This document shows, piece by piece, positions 61,435 to 64,000 of a DNA stretch of 64,000 nucleotides. The position numbers were made by a program, and so were the translations under genes. The number at the start of each line of letters is the position of its first letter. Within the stretch, counting starts at the first letter, position 1. A model generated the notes under the pieces. The model saw nothing but the letters and a program-made list of their open reading frames with translations. It did not search any database and was not told the origin of the DNA. Source of the DNA: Mobula hypostoma (Eukaryota); contig NC_086097.1 of assembly GCF_963921235.1 (NCBI RefSeq), positions 69,070,001 through 69,134,000 on the forward strand, in the 5' to 3' direction.

Positions 61435-62303
61435 TGTTACATACTTCATGGAGATCTTGTGATTGTCTTATGAGGATGATGTAATGGTCTTGCGGAGGTC
61501 ACATGATGTAATTTTCCCACTGATGTGAGGTCACATGATGATCTGTTCTCACCAGGTATATAAGTGTAGACCCCTGGTGACGCAATTAGTTTTCAGTTAG
61601 ATCGTCAGTCAGATACTCCGCTATGCTGCTTATTAATCTCATGATGCAGTATAGTTTTAAAACGGAGTTTTACTTTCTATTGTAAGGTACAGAAGTGTTG
61701 GGCCGGTAGTTTCACCAATAGCTGCCAGGTTTGTTGATGTATCTTTTCAGTAGTATTGGAGAGTGAAGACGGGAACCTGAAGGAGTCGTTTGGCAGTTTT
61801 GGAAAGGATCGACCCATTATTGAATTCGTTCAAGTAAGAGTGATCTGCATGAGATAACCTCTGCTAAACGAAGCAGAAAAGGTTGTGCAGTATCTAGTCT
61901 ATTCTACAGAGAAAAAGGTCAGTGCCTTTAAACCATTTTATTTCCGTCATCGTGATTCCTGCGGACAAGGCAGGTTCCGGCTGGGATCGACAGTAACTTC
62001 GTATCTTCAAGGAATTCTTTACTTCAGGAAAGTCTCTCCTAATTGACTGTATAAATCTCTTGGACTTTCAAATTTACCATTCGAAGAACTGTGTTTGAAT
62101 TTACCACTTTAAGACTGTGTTCGCATTTACCGCTTCAAGAACTAGTACTGAGTTTGGCGGTTTGTTAAATGGCCGTATAGCAGTTTACTTCCGGTTAAGG
62201 TTTTTGTTTGTTATTTTTTTAATATTGAGCAGAGTTTAATAAATGTTCGTTTGTTTATAAATCCTGACTCAACTCTATATTCATTGTTGCCGGTCACGTG
62301 ACA
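61435..62303 (+). mobile_element. Solo LTR
   Basis: TGTTACAT...ACGTGACA termini, duplicated GAGGTCACATGATG, TATATAA ~61557, AATAAA ~62238, TSD TTTT/CTTT (one mismatch). Confidence 0.75.
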
Positions 62304-62632
62304 CTTTAAGGTGCTCCTTACAACTTACCTCTTTAAAGAAACTACTGGTCATCTGCCCTGATACTTCATGTGGCTCTCAGTCGGTTTGTTTTTACTTCTG
62401 TTATGTATTAGATGTTCTTCATAAATGAAAGTTGTTTTGGTGTTGTTGGGAGGTGAGGTAGGCAGACCAATTTAATGAAGTAGCTGCAACCAATGTTCAG
62501 ACATTTTCTAAACATTATAATGTTCTCCCTGCAATGTGTTGGTGCAAAGCCCAGACACTTGCAGAATAATACATTCATATATGGATCGTGTGTATCTTCA
62601 ATGGGCGTTGGGTGTGTGCATACTAGCATAAG

Positions 62633-62872
62633 TGTTGTGTATTTAATATTTCAGTAGTATTTGAGTAACATTGTAAATATATTGTTTGATAAAGCATTCT
62701 TTGGTGTTTGCATAATTCATTATGTGTTAGATATAGAAGTATGTCAATGTCATACATCATTACACCACCACATTATGCCTGCACCTAGCTAAAGTATAAC
62801 AAATTACATGAATTAGCAGTGGTTGTCCCATGTTTTTCTTTTGATTGGTTTTTGAAGTTACAAAACAAAACA
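62633..62872 (+). mobile_element. Solo LTR of the same family as the Gypsy LTR at 48460-48693, opposite orientation
   Basis: TGTTGTGTATTTA...CAAAACAAAACA matches the reverse complement of 48460-48693; TSD ATAAG/ATAGG. Confidence 0.85.
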
Positions 62873-64000
62873 ATAGGCTTTGATTTTCTGCCTGAAAAAA
62901 TTGTGACACCCTAGAATTTTTTGGCCCACTCTCTCCTGATGGAAGTAGTAAAAGCTTAAAAATTGCTGCAGCAAGCTAATATTTCTGATGATTTAAAACT
63001 GGCATTTTTGTGCATACTCTACATTAAACTGGGTTAAAATGACAAAGCTGCTCCATATTTTTTAATCTCACTATTCATTTTCAGGATAATTTTTTTGCTT
63101 CTTCAGCAAAAATATTTTTCTTCATCAGTACTGCAAATAGACCAAATGCTCTATAATGACATACTCCCAGTTTTACAAACAGAGGCATATAAGTCATAAT
63201 TTAATCCAGTTACAATTCATCACAAATGAAGGACAACATTTAACCATTGAGAAAATAAAAGGCTTTCAAATTGCAAACTATGGATCTACTTTACAAAAAC
63301 TCTTTAATGTTGAAAAGCGTACAAAAGTAAATTATAAAATATTATTTATTACTAAAAGCTACCAAAGTATAAAATGATAGACTGCAGTGCTTACTATTTA
63401 CATTTAAAGTGAGAATGGTAATATATTCTAAGATGCTGGTTTAAGTTTACAGATCAAACAGCAGTTCTTGCAGTAGTTTCATGATGAGAAACGCACTGAG
63501 AATAGATCAACAAAATCCACATTTCATTTTGTCTTTCATTGCTTTTGCTGTGGCCTTAAAATAATTCACGTCTGCATCTGAGTTCCAATCTTTGGCCCTC
63601 TGACACTGAGAGAAGATACTTAGCACAATCGAATAATTTAGGATGGTTTCCCTGAATCCAATGATGCTAAATGACAAGAAGATTAAAAGTGAACATTGGA
63701 GGAAGACAACCAAATACTTATAATTAACATTATGGTTAAGTCTGGTGACAGCTTTGCTGTTACTGCAAAAATCTGCAGTGAGAAGATCACGAAAAGCAGG
63801 CCCCCTCCATGGACTCTGTCCACAGTTCTTACTGCCAGTATAACCAAAGATCTCACTCAAACTGACATTTTCTGTTCTCCGTGCCATTGGGCAGAAGAAA
63901 CAAAAGGCCCATGCCACCAGGCTCAAGGACAACTTCAATCCCCCATTATAATACTATTGAGTTGTTCCCTAGTACAATAAATACAGGCTCTTGACTTAAC

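Noticed and set aside
63507..63980. 143-aa and 94-aa ORFs as host exons
   Set aside because: They overlap a decayed Rex1-like 3' fragment (similar to 47800-47960), with no recognisable domain or splice context.

Overview
Eukaryotic, repeat-dense, mostly non-coding DNA, most likely a cartilaginous fish such as a ray or shark. This is inferred from the mix of CR1 LINEs, Rex1/Babar LINEs, V-SINE/HE1-like SINEs, Penelope-like elements, Tc1 and Gypsy LTR elements. No intact protein-coding gene is present; the long ORFs are decayed retroelement or transposase fragments, or read through a minisatellite. The most interesting signal is a dispersed family (about 11 copies) of Penelope-derived terminal repeats carrying a minimal type I hammerhead ribozyme (CAGTC-CTGANGA-stem II-GAAAC-GTC^GACTG). 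Several copies are inserted as inverted pairs: one is a perfect 44-bp-arm hairpin containing an intact ribozyme, and another is folded exactly at the predicted self-cleavage site. Also present are a solo LTR with a 33-bp minisatellite of about 24 units, a multi-level nested Gypsy/LTR/CR1/Tc1/Penelope cluster (48.5-59.8 kb) with readable target-site duplications (TSDs), and a probable minus-strand host promoter (CCAAT, RFX X-box, 5' exon, candidate first coding exon) in a repeat-poor island at 41.4-42.8 kb. Boundaries of old elements are approximate, and no database searches were run.
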